This document shows, piece after piece, positions 46,062 through 55,582 of a stretch of DNA of 64,000 nucleotides (the stretch's first letter is position 1; each line of letters begins with the position of its first letter). This DNA comes from a virus, in the IMG/VR virus record IMGVR_UViG_2579778703_000007, positions 11,499-75,498 of that record; one strand, written 5' to 3'. The notes under the pieces are model-generated. The model did no database searches. It had not been told where the DNA came from and saw only the letters and a program-made list of their open reading frames with translations. Position numbers and translations under genes: made by a program.

Positions 46062-46403
46062 TTATGGTCGGTTTTGAACGGGCTCTATCTTGTTTGATTT
46101 AAAGTAATCAATAACAGGATTTACTCGATACGGCTCTACATGGAAGCTGGCCATTACCTGATCGTTGCGCATCAAGTAAAACTGATTCCCGTTGTATCGT
46201 ACCGCATCAAATATCACGTTCATTCTGCATCCATCGTACATGTACTCGCCATCGACGCTAAGGCTTTTGCGTACCACAAAGGATAGGCGCGCCTTGGTCG
46301 CTTTAAGCTCGTTACGGACTTTAACTAAGTTAATCGTCAGTACGATAAGGAGCGACAATAATCCGCATAACGCGTATGCGTTAAGGTTAATTGAATAGCT
46401 CAT
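46062..46403 (-). CDS. Hypothetical membrane-anchored protein
   Basis: N-terminal TM helix, 113 aa. Confidence 0.6.
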   Translation of the reverse strand: MSYSINLNAYALCGLLSLLIVLTINLVKVRNELKATKARLSFVVRKSLSVDGEYMYDGCRMNVIFDAVRYNGNQFYLMRNDQVMASFHVEPYRVNPVIDYFKSNKIEPVQNRP

Positions 46404-46453
46404 ATTGTTATTTTTTATGTACGAATAGGAAATTTACAACATACGGAAACATT

Positions 46454-47221
46454 CTACAGTGGAAACACATCTGCTGTCGCGTCTTTGATGCTCGGTTTTT
46501 TCGTCTGGTTGCTGCAAATGGTAAACGAAATCGCCTTAGTGAAGTAGTCCAGCGCCAAGGTGCGTTCCTCTTTCGACGCAATGATCATTGCCTCAATCAC
46601 CTTGCTTGAGCTGGCCACGCCACCAGCAAGCGGAGTCATTACCTCGTTTAGTGCATCGGCCTTGTTGGCCAGTTCTGGCGGTAAGACTGGCGGCGGCAAG
46701 GTTGCACCGCCACCCGTACCACTACCGCCCGTTGGTGGCGCTGGTGGCGTTAATGCGCCGTTGATTTGTGCCATTAGGGACACGGCCTCATCAACATGGC
46801 CAGAAAGACCGTTGATCACTGCCTCAAGCGCTTTCAGTTCTTCCTTGCTGGTAATTGGCAATATACTCGGAGCGGGTACGTTGTCCTCTGTACCATCCAC
46901 CTTGCGCTTAATGTTCACACCAATAGACACTTGCTCTAGGTCGGTTGGGTCGGTGATCAACACTAGGTGCTCATTCCATTGCGTTAACGTGGCCACGGTT
47001 GCGCTCACTGAGCCATTTAAGCCCTTAAGCGTTGCGACTAGCTTTGATGCGCCTTGGTAGTCCTCAATATCCTCGCTCACGCAGCCTGATAGCTTCTCTG
47101 ACAAACTTTCACACTTCACCTTAAGGGATTTACCTCGGGTAAGGTTCTCCGCTTCCTTAAGGCCGCCTACGTCTAAAAACTGGCGAAACTGCTCGATTTG
47201 CTCTTGTGTGTCTAACATCAA
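46454..47221 (-). CDS. UpfB-like protein
   Basis: Follows PAAR as upfB follows upfC in P1; helical with a Pro/Gly linker. Confidence 0.55.
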   Translation of the reverse strand: MMLDTQEQIEQFRQFLDVGGLKEAENLTRGKSLKVKCESLSEKLSGCVSEDIEDYQGASKLVATLKGLNGSVSATVATLTQWNEHLVLITDPTDLEQVSIGVNIKRKVDGTEDNVPAPSILPITSKEELKALEAVINGLSGHVDEAVSLMAQINGALTPPAPPTGGSGTGGGATLPPPVLPPELANKADALNEVMTPLAGGVASSSKVIEAMIIASKEERTLALDYFTKAISFTICSNQTKKPSIKDATADVFPL

Positions 47222-47227
47222 ATTGCC

Positions 47228-47512
47228 TCAATCAATCGTCATCAAGTCGTTGCCGTTCACCAGCGTAGCGCCACACCCAAGGGCATCGCCTACTACTGCG
47301 ACCGGAACGCCATTAACAGTAAGTTTTGAACTACCAGTAATAACGCCAACGTGCGGCGGGTTATCTGGTTTTACGTGCATGACGGATATATCACCCGTCC
47401 CTAAAACGTTGACTCCATTCACGGTTAGTAGTGGCTGGCCAGTAACAAAAACACCTGGACTAAAGCCACCATGACCACTATCCACACTCCCTACAATTCC
47501 TACGGCTGGCAT
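47228..47512 (-). CDS. PAAR-domain spike tip protein
   Basis: GHGGF.P, HVG.I..GS, VGDALGCG. Confidence 0.88.
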   Translation of the reverse strand: MPAVGIVGSVDSGHGGFSPGVFVTGQPLLTVNGVNVLGTGDISVMHVKPDNPPHVGVITGSSKLTVNGVPVAVVGDALGCGATLVNGNDLMTID

Positions 47513-47518
47513 AGTGCA

Positions 47519-48289
47519 TTACCCTAATGTAAATGGAGCTGCGGCAGCCTTAACAGCGAACTGGCCACCAGCATCGATATTGACGTTACCACTCGCTTTA
47601 ATGGTCACTTCATTGCCCTCTAGGTTGGCTTTACCGGACGCTTTAACGGTCGCATTACCACCCGCTTCGATGTTCGCATCGCCTTTCACTTTGATAGTTA
47701 GTGCGCCTCCAACTTGCTCCAATGTGTTCCCTGTTGAGCTGCGAAACGCATTGCCCTCGACGTGAATAACACATTGGCCATCTGGTGTGATTTCAATGGC
47801 CGTGCCGCTTTGGGTATGCGTGACTGAGTAGCCGCCTTGATGCGTGATGAGCTCGCGCAAACCAAATCGCACAAAGAGCGCATCTTTGCGGTCATAGGCT
47901 GGTGGCTCGGGTTCACCCTCGGCTCGTTTAGGCTGATAGGCTTCGCCGTTCACCTCGCTTGGTAGGTACGATTCGTAGTTAGGCGCGTAGTAAAGCGATC
48001 CGGTAATACGGGGATAACGGGTATCGCCATTGCGAGGAAAATCCACCCAAACCAGATCGCCTTTTTCCACTGGCACGACTTGGCCACAACTCGGTTTTGC
48101 ACCTAGTGGCAGTAGAAACTCGGCAAAGGGGAGATCTTTATCGGGGATTGCATCCCAATAGCCAAGCAAGCGAACCGATACCATGTACAAGCCTTTCGGA
48201 TGGACAGGATTAACCACCTCGGCCTGATAGCTACCAAACAAGCGGTTAGTGACGTTGGTGCGTGTTCTGTTCTCTGACGAATCGCTCAT
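47519..48289 (-). CDS. Baseplate central spike (P1 gp5 / gpV-like)
   Basis: OB-fold GDLVWVDF..GDTRYP and beta-helix repeats; ATGA overlap with gene 6. Confidence 0.85.
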   Translation of the reverse strand: MSDSSENRTRTNVTNRLFGSYQAEVVNPVHPKGLYMVSVRLLGYWDAIPDKDLPFAEFLLPLGAKPSCGQVVPVEKGDLVWVDFPRNGDTRYPRITGSLYYAPNYESYLPSEVNGEAYQPKRAEGEPEPPAYDRKDALFVRFGLRELITHQGGYSVTHTQSGTAIEITPDGQCVIHVEGNAFRSSTGNTLEQVGGALTIKVKGDANIEAGGNATVKASGKANLEGNEVTIKASGNVNIDAGGQFAVKAAAAPFTLG

Positions 48290-49263
48290 AGGTTTCTGAC
48301 TCCTAACTCGATACGACACTGATACCGGTTGCCACGTTGGCAATGGGCGACACGGTTCATGATTTGTTTCTCTGGCATGGACTCATCCAGCTCGGTAGCG
48401 GGTAGCCGTTTATGGAATAGCACTGAGCATACCGAAAGAGGCGTAAAGGCAGTATTTCCGGTAAGTTCCACATCCAAAATAGGGATGATGGCCATGTGTT
48501 GATTATTCAGCGCCTTGGCTTGTGGGACGCTAACCATAACCATAGCGCCCGAACGTTTACCACCTTGGAAGCCCTCGACGGTATCCCAAGAGGCATAGTT
48601 ACGGTTAAGAACGCGCTCAAACAGGGCTTCCTCTCCGATAATGGAGTAGTTCGCAATGCTGTGCTCTGCTTCCTCTGGGTTCGACTGTTCCAGCTTGAAT
48701 TGCTCGCTCATATCCATGTTCTTGAGCGACTTAAAGTGCATAACACCACGGCAGATAAACGCTGCTGAACCGTAATCTCTAGCCATTGTTCGAATTAAGC
48801 GAGACTTAGTGCCACCAGCGTTTAAATGGTACGTAGCGCCACGCTCAAAGCTGTCACATTCGATTTTTAGGTCGGGCAATAGCTCGGCCAGAATGTCTCT
48901 AGGCTGCATTTCGACAAAGAATCGAGGCGTTGTGACGGGCTCTTTAAGTAGGTGCGCATCCTTTTGGAACGCTTGAACCGTTAGCATGCCGTCAGCGCTG
49001 GTGGACTTGGCCACAATGAATTTTTCAATCCAAACCTGATCGCCTCGCTCGTTCACATCGGCCATCGTGACCTCGATCTCTGAACCGCGCTTAATCCCGT
49101 AGTCATCCCGATAAACGGCAGCCTGATCCATGATTTCCATTACCAGCTTATTGCCGTCCATCGAAGCGCACTCGATGTAGGTAAACGAATGCACGTCCTC
49201 GATGGTGATGTCATTTCCGTTGGTGACAACTTTTTGGGCGAGAAAGTATTCTTTGTTACTCAA
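48286..49263 (-). CDS. Baseplate hub protein (P1 gp6-like)
   Basis: TYHLNAG, LDESMP; synteny 24-6-5; TTG start after GGAGG. Confidence 0.75.
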   Translation of the reverse strand: MSNKEYFLAQKVVTNGNDITIEDVHSFTYIECASMDGNKLVMEIMDQAAVYRDDYGIKRGSEIEVTMADVNERGDQVWIEKFIVAKSTSADGMLTVQAFQKDAHLLKEPVTTPRFFVEMQPRDILAELLPDLKIECDSFERGATYHLNAGGTKSRLIRTMARDYGSAAFICRGVMHFKSLKNMDMSEQFKLEQSNPEEAEHSIANYSIIGEEALFERVLNRNYASWDTVEGFQGGKRSGAMVMVSVPQAKALNNQHMAIIPILDVELTGNTAFTPLSVCSVLFHKRLPATELDESMPEKQIMNRVAHCQRGNRYQCRIELGVRNL

Positions 49264-50017
49264 TGACTCGACCTCCCACACCAATCGTGCCCTGACGGAC
49301 AGTAATCGACTCGGCCTCATAAACTTCTGCAATCACTTCAAAAGAGATTGAGGAAGCAAACAGGCGAGTATTTTCATGGTCTACTTCGGCGGGTTCGGTC
49401 ATCGCATCTTTACGGCCACGTATCTCGATGCTGATTTCCATTTCAGCACCAGCAAGCATGGTTTTCGCTCTGAATACGTGTTTACGCTTGCCCTTGGTAT
49501 GACGTAACCAAACCATTAAACCTAGCGCTAGGCGGCTAAGGGTAGACTGATTCCAAGCTAGGGCATTAATGCGGTAGGTAAGCGCGACAAAGGACTTATT
49601 AATCACGGCATAAGGCTGGCCTTGCTCATTGGCCAGTTCGCCATAGTCAGCAATATCGATGTACTCCGCGCCATCAACAAACCCAATCACCGGATCGCGC
49701 GTGATGTAGCAAACAGGCACAAGCTCATTGCGGTTTGCTTTCACCTTGTCGCCTAATTTGGCCGTTAACTTAGATAGGAATGACACTGGATCGGTAAAGT
49801 TGCCGTAATAAATCTTTCTCGACTTATCACGGCCAACAAAGCGAGAAAACTCACTGTTCTCTCGCCGCTTAGTGTCAGTCACAACTAAGGAATCAAGCAC
49901 GTTCTGGAAAAAGGCTGCCACCGCACGGTCAATGTCGGTTAACTCTGTGTGTTCCACCTTGCCATCGAATGTCACTACATCGCATGGGATTTCAAAGAAC
50001 GCATCGTCCAGTTGCAT
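49256..50017 (-). CDS. P1 gp24-like tail terminator protein
   Basis: Synteny with 6 and 5; 253 aa. Confidence 0.6.
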   Translation of the reverse strand: MQLDDAFFEIPCDVVTFDGKVEHTELTDIDRAVAAFFQNVLDSLVVTDTKRRENSEFSRFVGRDKSRKIYYGNFTDPVSFLSKLTAKLGDKVKANRNELVPVCYITRDPVIGFVDGAEYIDIADYGELANEQGQPYAVINKSFVALTYRINALAWNQSTLSRLALGLMVWLRHTKGKRKHVFRAKTMLAGAEMEISIEIRGRKDAMTEPAEVDHENTRLFASSISFEVIAEVYEAESITVRQGTIGVGGRVIE

Positions 50018-50019
50018 GA

Positions 50020-50559
50020 TTAGTCCTCCAAATCGTCCAGCTCGTAATACTTACGGCCTTTCACGATAGTGATGCACTTATCGCTTCGGTGTAAGGTCAC
50101 ATCGAACTTGTGGAAGTTGCTCGTTAGGGTAGGGAGGTAAGCCGATACTGGCTCATTGCGTTGGTAGCCGTCTCGCGTTTTGCGGCCTTTACCGGATCGG
50201 TTGCCCTCATAGATTTGAATGACTGCGCAATCAAAATCAATCTTGGCCATATCTGCGATCGCTGCGTCTAGGTCTTTGCACACGTTAAGTACGTTCGCGC
50301 ATAACATGACGCAAAAACGGCGTTTTGAGCTGTCAATTTCGGCAATATTGCTCACTACGCCTTTCGCTTTCGAGTTCGGGTCATAGTGAGTGACCGTCAT
50401 GATCTGCTTGTGGTAGTTAGTGAGGTATTCTTCTGTTAGGTCGGGAAACTTACCGCAACCAAAGTTAAGAATGTTGTTCGCGTATGACCAGTTAGGTGCA
50501 AGTCTGCTAAGGCGCTTGGCACTGGCTGGCACTTGCTTTCGGCTAGTCTGTAATGTCAT
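50020..50559 (-). CDS. Small class I SAM-dependent methyltransferase
   Basis: ILNFGCGK, YDP, NVLNV, YEG..SG.G..T..GYQ. Confidence 0.72.
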   Translation of the reverse strand: MTLQTSRKQVPASAKRLSRLAPNWSYANNILNFGCGKFPDLTEEYLTNYHKQIMTVTHYDPNSKAKGVVSNIAEIDSSKRRFCVMLCANVLNVCKDLDAAIADMAKIDFDCAVIQIYEGNRSGKGRKTRDGYQRNEPVSAYLPTLTSNFHKFDVTLHRSDKCITIVKGRKYYELDDLED

Positions 50560-50778
50560 GCCCACTCCAAAATTGGAGTGGCGCTTTAAGGATGGGGTGG
50601 GCTAGGGCTGATATGAACGCAAATTATACACCTCGACGCTATTAACCCTAAATAATCAAAATGGCGCATATAAATGTGATGCAAATCATATACATATCTT
50701 TAACACTCAAGTACATTGCGCGCGATTACAAATCATTATCATTTACATTAACGTCAATTAAGTAGCAAGGGCTGTATT

Positions 50779-51375
50779 ATGCGTATCTATACTTTGATAT
50801 TTTTCTTCCTCTTTTCCACTATTACACCAACTATCGCAATGGCTGACTATCCGCCTCTTTGTAATATTGTAAAGGCAAAAGAGCACCATAAAATACCTGA
50901 CGAAAGCCCATACTGTATTGAAACAGAAGAAGCTCAGGTCACGTTTGTTAATCTATCGTCAAACCCTGTTGAAGTGGTCAGCTTAAAAGATGCTACTCAC
51001 CTTGTTTATCCAAATGAGTATGTAGTTACTACAGGCAGATTTGTAGTCGCAAACTCTAAAGGCTCTGTAGTTGGTAAAGAAGAACGAGGCATCGTTGTGG
51101 CTCGTGATTATGGTGGTAAAAAAGCAAATGTGAATCAAAGGATTGCCCCTTTAGCTGTTTGGATTCCTAGCGCTGTTGGTGGAGCAATCTTGGGCGGAAT
51201 GGGAGTTGTAGCTTCGAACCCTAGCGCTGGCCTTAGACCTATTATTATTGGAGCATTCTCAGGAGCGCTTGGTGGAGCACTTGGCCCATTGATGGGAGCT
51301 GGTCAGTTTGGAGTAGTTGCAGGTGGTGCTTTAGGTGTCTCTGCTGGTGGAGCGTGTAGCAGTTGTCATATTTAA
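50779..51375 (+). CDS. Secreted protein with glycine-zipper C-terminus (bacteriocin-like)
   Basis: Sec signal ending AMA; last ~78 aa hydrophobic with many GxxxG, ending CSSCHI. Confidence 0.6.
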   Translation: MRIYTLIFFFLFSTITPTIAMADYPPLCNIVKAKEHHKIPDESPYCIETEEAQVTFVNLSSNPVEVVSLKDATHLVYPNEYVVTTGRFVVANSKGSVVGKEERGIVVARDYGGKKANVNQRIAPLAVWIPSAVGGAILGGMGVVASNPSAGLRPIIIGAFSGALGGALGPLMGAGQFGVVAGGALGVSAGGACSSCHI

Positions 51376-51647
51376 TCTGGACGTTTGCAGTCGCATCATA
51401 CTTGGTGCTTTGCTTTACTCTGTTAAAGGGAAAGAAAGAACGATTATTATATGGCTGCATAATAATCACTTTAATTGTAGTGAACATCATATTTGACTTC
51501 AGGGAGCCTCATTTTTTTGATGTTTTGTCTGTGTTCATTATCTATGTTCTTTCTAAGTGGGTTAAAGCAGATCCTAAGTACTTTCTTATCACAACCACAG
51601 TCATATATTGGCTCTACCCTCTAGTGTTGAGTGTTACAACGACTTAA
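51363..51647 (+). CDS. Small multi-TM membrane protein (candidate immunity)
   Basis: 94 aa, 3-4 TM, overlaps the 3' end of the previous gene. Confidence 0.55.
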   Translation: MSYLIWTFAVASYLVLCFTLLKGKKERLLYGCIIITLIVVNIIFDFREPHFFDVLSVFIIYVLSKWVKADPKYFLITTTVIYWLYPLVLSVTTT

Positions 51648-51711
51648 AGCTTATGATGAAGCGCAGGTGTAACAACACAATAATGACGAATAAGTAATCA
51701 TTATATGACTG

Positions 51712-51745
51712 AAAAGAGTCGCCTGAGAGGCGACTCTTTCTTTTA
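51712..51745 (+). terminator. Intrinsic terminator
   Basis: AAAGAGTCGCC-TGAGA-GGCGACTCTTT plus T-run. Confidence 0.8.
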
Positions 51746-51769
51746 GAAACGCTATAAACAAGCCAATTG

Positions 51770-51843
51770 CGTTGCGTTTGATGTTTAAGGTGGTATGCGG
51801 CGGCTTCGGTAATGCGTTGCTCACACCTTAACAGGGTGTTAAA
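51770..51843 (+). repeat. Partial attC (3' half)
   Basis: ..GCGTTGCTCACACCTTAACAGGGTGTTA. Confidence 0.7.
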
Positions 51844-51941
51844 TGTCGGGAGTCGGTATGTACACTGGATATTGGATCGATGATGGTCACATTTATGGTC
51901 CTTCAAAAATACTACCGTGGTTAAAGAAATAGGAGTTTCTA

Positions 51942-52106
51942 ATGACAGAATGGGTAAATGTTAGTTCAACAGCAATTCGCCGAATTGGATATGAAGCTGA
52001 GTCTATGCGAATGTATATTGACTTTGAAGATAGTGACCCTGTCTATACATTTCGTAGAGCTCCTGATAGTGTTTTTATGTTCAGAGGTGTCGCACTTCGT
52101 ACTTGA
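51942..52106 (+). pseudogene. Truncated KTSC-domain cassette
   Basis: VSSTAIRRIGYE..IDF..VYTF..P; AGGAG RBS; C-terminal half missing. Confidence 0.6.
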
Positions 52107-52116
52107 ATCCAAGGTT

Positions 52117-52240
52117 TATAACAAACTGTTTAAGGGTGATTCGCAATGCGTGGCATTTTTGGTATGCGTTGGTTTTAGTGGTTAAGGCGTTATGCGGTGG
52201 CATCGGTATTGCGTTGCTCAGCCCTTAACAAGGCGTTATA
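52117..52240 (+). repeat. attC (VCR-type)
   Basis: TAACAAACTGTTTAAG...CTTAACAAGGCGTTA. Confidence 0.9.
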
Positions 52241-52553
52241 TGCCTGTAATAAGAAAGTCGATAGCAGAGATGATCTCGTCTCTAAAAGTGCTTAGATCAT
52301 TTACAGGCTCTCTTAGAATTTTGGTTGGTACACTTGCCATTTGATGAGTCAGAATTACGAAGTCACCTTCATCAATATGGATTACGGGGCATAGATGACT
52401 GGGCGCTTTTTTCTCTAACAACTCAGTAGGCGTTAGCGGAATAACTAATCGAGTGTTCAATGTATCAAGCAATTCACTTTGAACGTCAACAAAGTATGGG
52501 TATGCGGTTGAAGTGCTTTTATCGTTGTTTTTGTATAGCGAAAATTGTGGCAT
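52236..52553 (-). CDS. ccdB: CcdB gyrase toxin
   Basis: QFSLYKN, YFVDVQS, TRLVIPL, AIDFLITGI. Confidence 0.95.
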   Translation of the reverse strand: MPQFSLYKNNDKSTSTAYPYFVDVQSELLDTLNTRLVIPLTPTELLEKKAPSHLCPVIHIDEGDFVILTHQMASVPTKILREPVNDLSTFRDEIISAIDFLITGI

Positions 52554-52798
52554 TAGAATACTCGGTAAGAATCAGAAAATAGTCCGTGGTTTTCAGTTAG
52601 CTCGTTGCAAGCATTAATGGCATCAGCATTTTGCTCTAACCATTCAGCTTTCAGGCGTTGACTCACTTCTTTCTCAAGTGCCTTTTCCATTGTTGCCGAA
52701 AGGTTTATATTTAAGCGTTTAGCCTCAGCAAGTAACTCACTATTTAAGCTTAAGTTTGTAGCTTTCTTTGGTGCTTGCGTACTATGTGCGTTTCTCAT
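52553..52798 (-). CDS. ccdA: CcdA antitoxin
   Basis: KKATNLSLN, INLS, WLEQNADAI, GLFSDSYRVF. Confidence 0.95.
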   Translation of the reverse strand: MRNAHSTQAPKKATNLSLNSELLAEAKRLNINLSATMEKALEKEVSQRLKAEWLEQNADAINACNELTENHGLFSDSYRVF

Positions 52799-52853
52799 GA
52801 TAGTCACCTATGCGTATTGTGTGTGCGCATGAATTATAGGCGCAATACAAGCA

Positions 52854-52979
52854 TATAACAAGGCGTTTAAGAGGGGTTCATGCCGCGTGGCGTTTTTGGT
52901 CTGCGGTGAGTTTTGGTGGTGAAAGTGGTCTGCGTAAAGTTGGTTTAGGCGGCACTCACCCCTTAACGCAGCGTTATAA
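52854..52979 (+). repeat. attC (VCR-type)
   Basis: TAACAAGGCGTTTAAG...CTTAACGCAGCGTTA. Confidence 0.9.
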
Positions 52980-53001
52980 AGCTCGAAGAAAAGGACATTT
53001 C

Positions 53002-53511
53002 GTGGAAATTCGAACAGGTAAATTAGAAGATGTTGCTGGCATCACCGACATCTTTAATTTTTACATTGAACACACCAATGCACGCTTTGAGGAAGTTCCA
53101 TTTACTCTGGAAAATCGTCAGAAATGGTTTTCTCAGTTTTCTAACACTACCAAATATCAGCTATATGTAGCTATAGAAAACGGCGTATTGCTCGGTTTTG
53201 CATGTTCTCAACAGTACAGAGCAATTTCAGCTTTTGACGACACTGTAGAAGTGACCGTTTATCTGGCTCAAGAAGCTAGGGGGAAAGGTTTAGGCTCTAA
53301 ACTATATACTCAGTTGTTCTCATCCGTTCGTGCTTATGGCGTCCACCGTGTATTGTCGGGTGTTGCATTACCAAACGACGCATCAGTTGCATTACATAAA
53401 CGGTTTGGTTTCAGAGAAGTTGGTGTTTTCAATGAATATGCGCAGAAACATGGGCAGTACATAAGCTCGGTGTGGTTAGAAAAGGCGTTTAACGTAGAGT
53501 TCGCTTTATAA
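53002..53511 (+). CDS. GNAT N-acetyltransferase (phosphinothricin/YncA-like)
   Basis: ARGKGLGSKL, PNDASVALHKRFGF; GTG start after AGGA. Confidence 0.9.
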   Translation: MEIRTGKLEDVAGITDIFNFYIEHTNARFEEVPFTLENRQKWFSQFSNTTKYQLYVAIENGVLLGFACSQQYRAISAFDDTVEVTVYLAQEARGKGLGSKLYTQLFSSVRAYGVHRVLSGVALPNDASVALHKRFGFREVGVFNEYAQKHGQYISSVWLEKAFNVEFAL

Positions 53512-53631
53512 CAAACAATTTAAGAGTGATTCGGCACGCGTGGCATTTTTACTATTCGTTGTGTTTAGTGTTTAAGGTGATATGTGGCGGCTTCGGCATT
53601 GCGTTGCTCACACCTTAACAGGGCGTTATGC
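53507..53631 (+). repeat. attC (VCR-type)
   Basis: TAACAAACAATTTAAG...CTTAACAGGGCGTTA. Confidence 0.9.
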
Positions 53632-53655
53632 CTCACGATGAAAAAGGAACTTTCG

Positions 53656-54243
53656 ATGTTTAAAATCGAGACTAAGCGTTTGATTATTAGGGATATGAAT
53701 CCGAACGATGAAAGTGCTTTTGTTGCTATGTCTCAGGACGCTAAATATCAGCGTTTCTATGACGAAAGTGATTGTGACCCTAATAAATATAAAGAGCTAA
53801 CAAACTTGTTTATAGCTCAGGCTTTTGAAGAACCAAGAAAGTCATATCAGCTAGCTGTTGAATGTAAGGATTCAAGGCAGTTTATTGGGACTGTTTGTTT
53901 GCGCTTGGAAGACAATCAACAAGCTTCAATGGGGTGTGCGTTTTCAAGATCATCGCAAGGATATAAACTAAGCTATGAAGCTGCTTTAGCTCTTGCAGAC
54001 TTTGGTTTTTCTGAGTTGGGTGTTCACCGTATCTATGCGGAGACAATTAGTAAGAACCTAGCAGCAATTAAGCTCTGTAAATCTTTAGGTATGCGTCAAG
54101 AAGCACATTTTAGAGAGCATCGCTTTTTCAAAGAACAGTGGTGGGATACAGTAGTTCTGGCAGTTCTTCGAACCGACTGGGACAAAGGCATAACAAAGCA
54201 TTTAAGACGGATTCCCAACGCTCAGCATTTTCAGTTCAAATAG
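53656..54243 (+). CDS. GNAT acetyltransferase (RimJ/RimL-like)
   Basis: IETKRLIIR, HRIYA, N.AAIKL..SLGM..E; the frame reads into the attC. Confidence 0.88.
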   Translation: MFKIETKRLIIRDMNPNDESAFVAMSQDAKYQRFYDESDCDPNKYKELTNLFIAQAFEEPRKSYQLAVECKDSRQFIGTVCLRLEDNQQASMGCAFSRSSQGYKLSYEAALALADFGFSELGVHRIYAETISKNLAAIKLCKSLGMRQEAHFREHRFFKEQWWDTVVLAVLRTDWDKGITKHLRRIPNAQHFQFK

Positions 54244-54313
54244 GTTTAAGTGATTAGGGCACAATGGTTTAGCTTGGGTGGGACGTTGCTCACTCCTTAA
54301 CGCGGCGTTATGT
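54188..54313 (+). repeat. attC (VCR-type)
   Basis: TAACAAAGCATTTAAG...CTTAACGCGGCGTTA. Confidence 0.9.
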
Positions 54314-54337
54314 GTAATCGAAAGTAAGGAGGCTTTT

Positions 54338-54757
54338 ATGGCGAATAAATATCGAGGTTCATGCCTTTGTGGTAGTGTGAAGTATGAGCTTTTAGGTGAG
54401 TTCCAGTCTTTCTTTTTATGTCATTGTACTCGTTGTCAAAAAGGTACAGGCTCGGCTCATGGTGCCAATTTGTTTGCCAAAGCTGGCACCTTAACTTGGT
54501 TAAACGGTGAAAGTGATGTCAGAACGTATAAACATCCAAATTCATTTCATGCAAAAAGCTTTTGTTCAAAATGTGGGTCTGCACTCCCAACGTTTGCAGA
54601 AAGTATTAACAGCGTAGTGGTTCCGGCAGGCAGTCTCGATAGTCCAGTTCCAATTCCGCCTACTGCTAAAATCTTTGTTGGTAGTAGCGCTAAATGGTCT
54701 ATGAAATTGTGCGATGTACCTAGCTACGAAAAGCTTCCAGAACAAGCTAAGAGCTAA
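54338..54757 (+). CDS. GFA / CENP-V family zinc protein
   Basis: GSCLCG, CHCTRCQK, FCSKCGS. Confidence 0.92.
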   Translation: MANKYRGSCLCGSVKYELLGEFQSFFLCHCTRCQKGTGSAHGANLFAKAGTLTWLNGESDVRTYKHPNSFHAKSFCSKCGSALPTFAESINSVVVPAGSLDSPVPIPPTAKIFVGSSAKWSMKLCDVPSYEKLPEQAKS

Positions 54758-54759
54758 AT

Positions 54760-54887
54760 GCATAACAAAGCGTTTAAGGCAGATTCGCAACGCTCGGCAT
54801 TTTTAGTTCAAGTCGAGTTTTGGTGTTTACGGTGCAATGGTTTAGGTTAGGTGGTAGCGTTGCTCACTACTTAACGCGGCGTTATGC
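54760..54887 (+). repeat. attC (VCR-type)
   Basis: TAACAAAGCGTTTAAG...CTTAACGCGGCGTTA. Confidence 0.9.
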
Positions 54888-54916
54888 GCCAATAAAAAAC
54901 AAAGGTTGGTCTCTAA

Positions 54917-55462
54917 ATGTTAACAACAAAAATTGAAACGGAACGACTAATACTAAGAGCTTTAGTTGACGATGATGCAAGAGACTTGTTTGGTATTTTC
55001 TCAGATCATGATGTCATGAAATATTGGAACTCTAGTCCCTGGGTTTCAATTGATGAGGCTAGATTATTTATAGCCAATAGCGTACAGGCAATGAATAGTA
55101 ATACAGAAGTGACCCTAGGTATTTACCTAAAGAGTACTGGTCAACTTCTGGGTAAGATAATGCTATTTAACTATGCGAAAGAGTCTAGGCGCGCAGAAAT
55201 TGGGTTTGGCGTCAGCCGTAATTTCTGGGGTAAAGGTATTGTACTCGAGGCGGGAACTGCGCTTATTGAATACGCATTTAAAAACTTGCAGTTACGTCGA
55301 ATCGAAGCTGAGATAGATCCAGACAATATTTCTTCAGGTAAAGCCTTGGAACGGTTAGGGTTTGTTAAAGAAGGCTTTCTAAGGCAGCGGTGGGAAGTTA
55401 ATGGGATTGTCTCAGATTCCGCAATTTATGGGTTACTAGCTAAGCCTTTGGGCAGCGCATAA
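54917..55462 (+). CDS. GNAT acetyltransferase (RimJ/RimL-like)
   Basis: IETERLILR, FWGKG, N..S..LERLGF..EG. Confidence 0.92.
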   Translation: MLTTKIETERLILRALVDDDARDLFGIFSDHDVMKYWNSSPWVSIDEARLFIANSVQAMNSNTEVTLGIYLKSTGQLLGKIMLFNYAKESRRAEIGFGVSRNFWGKGIVLEAGTALIEYAFKNLQLRRIEAEIDPDNISSGKALERLGFVKEGFLRQRWEVNGIVSDSAIYGLLAKPLGSA

Positions 55463-55582
55463 CAAACTGTTCAAGAGGGATTTGCAACGCGTGGCATTTT
55501 TACTATGCGTTGATGTTAGTGTTTAAGGTGGTATGCGGCGGCTTTTGTATTGCGTTGCTCACCCCTTAACAGGGCGTTAGCA
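55457..55582 (+). repeat. attC (VCR-type)
   Basis: TAACAAACTGTTCAAG...CTTAACAGGGCGTTA. Confidence 0.9.

Larger units (their letters stand above)
51770..55582 (+). mobile_element. Integron cassette array lacking an integrase in the window (CALIN-like)
   Basis: Six full VCR-type attC sites and one 5'-eroded site separating single-gene cassettes. Confidence 0.9.

Noticed and set aside
51634..52185. ORFs 51634-51906 and 51958-52185, and similarly 60032-60271
   Set aside because: Largely translations of attC DNA or alternative frames of the KTSC remnant
52906..53001. N-terminal extensions of cassette ORFs (also at 53584 and 54278)
   Set aside because: They are translated attC sequence; RBS-supported starts lie downstream
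51770..55582. attC repeats as REP/IS ends or CRISPR
   Set aside because: They have TAAC...GTTA cores with inner boxes and flank whole genes, which is diagnostic of attC
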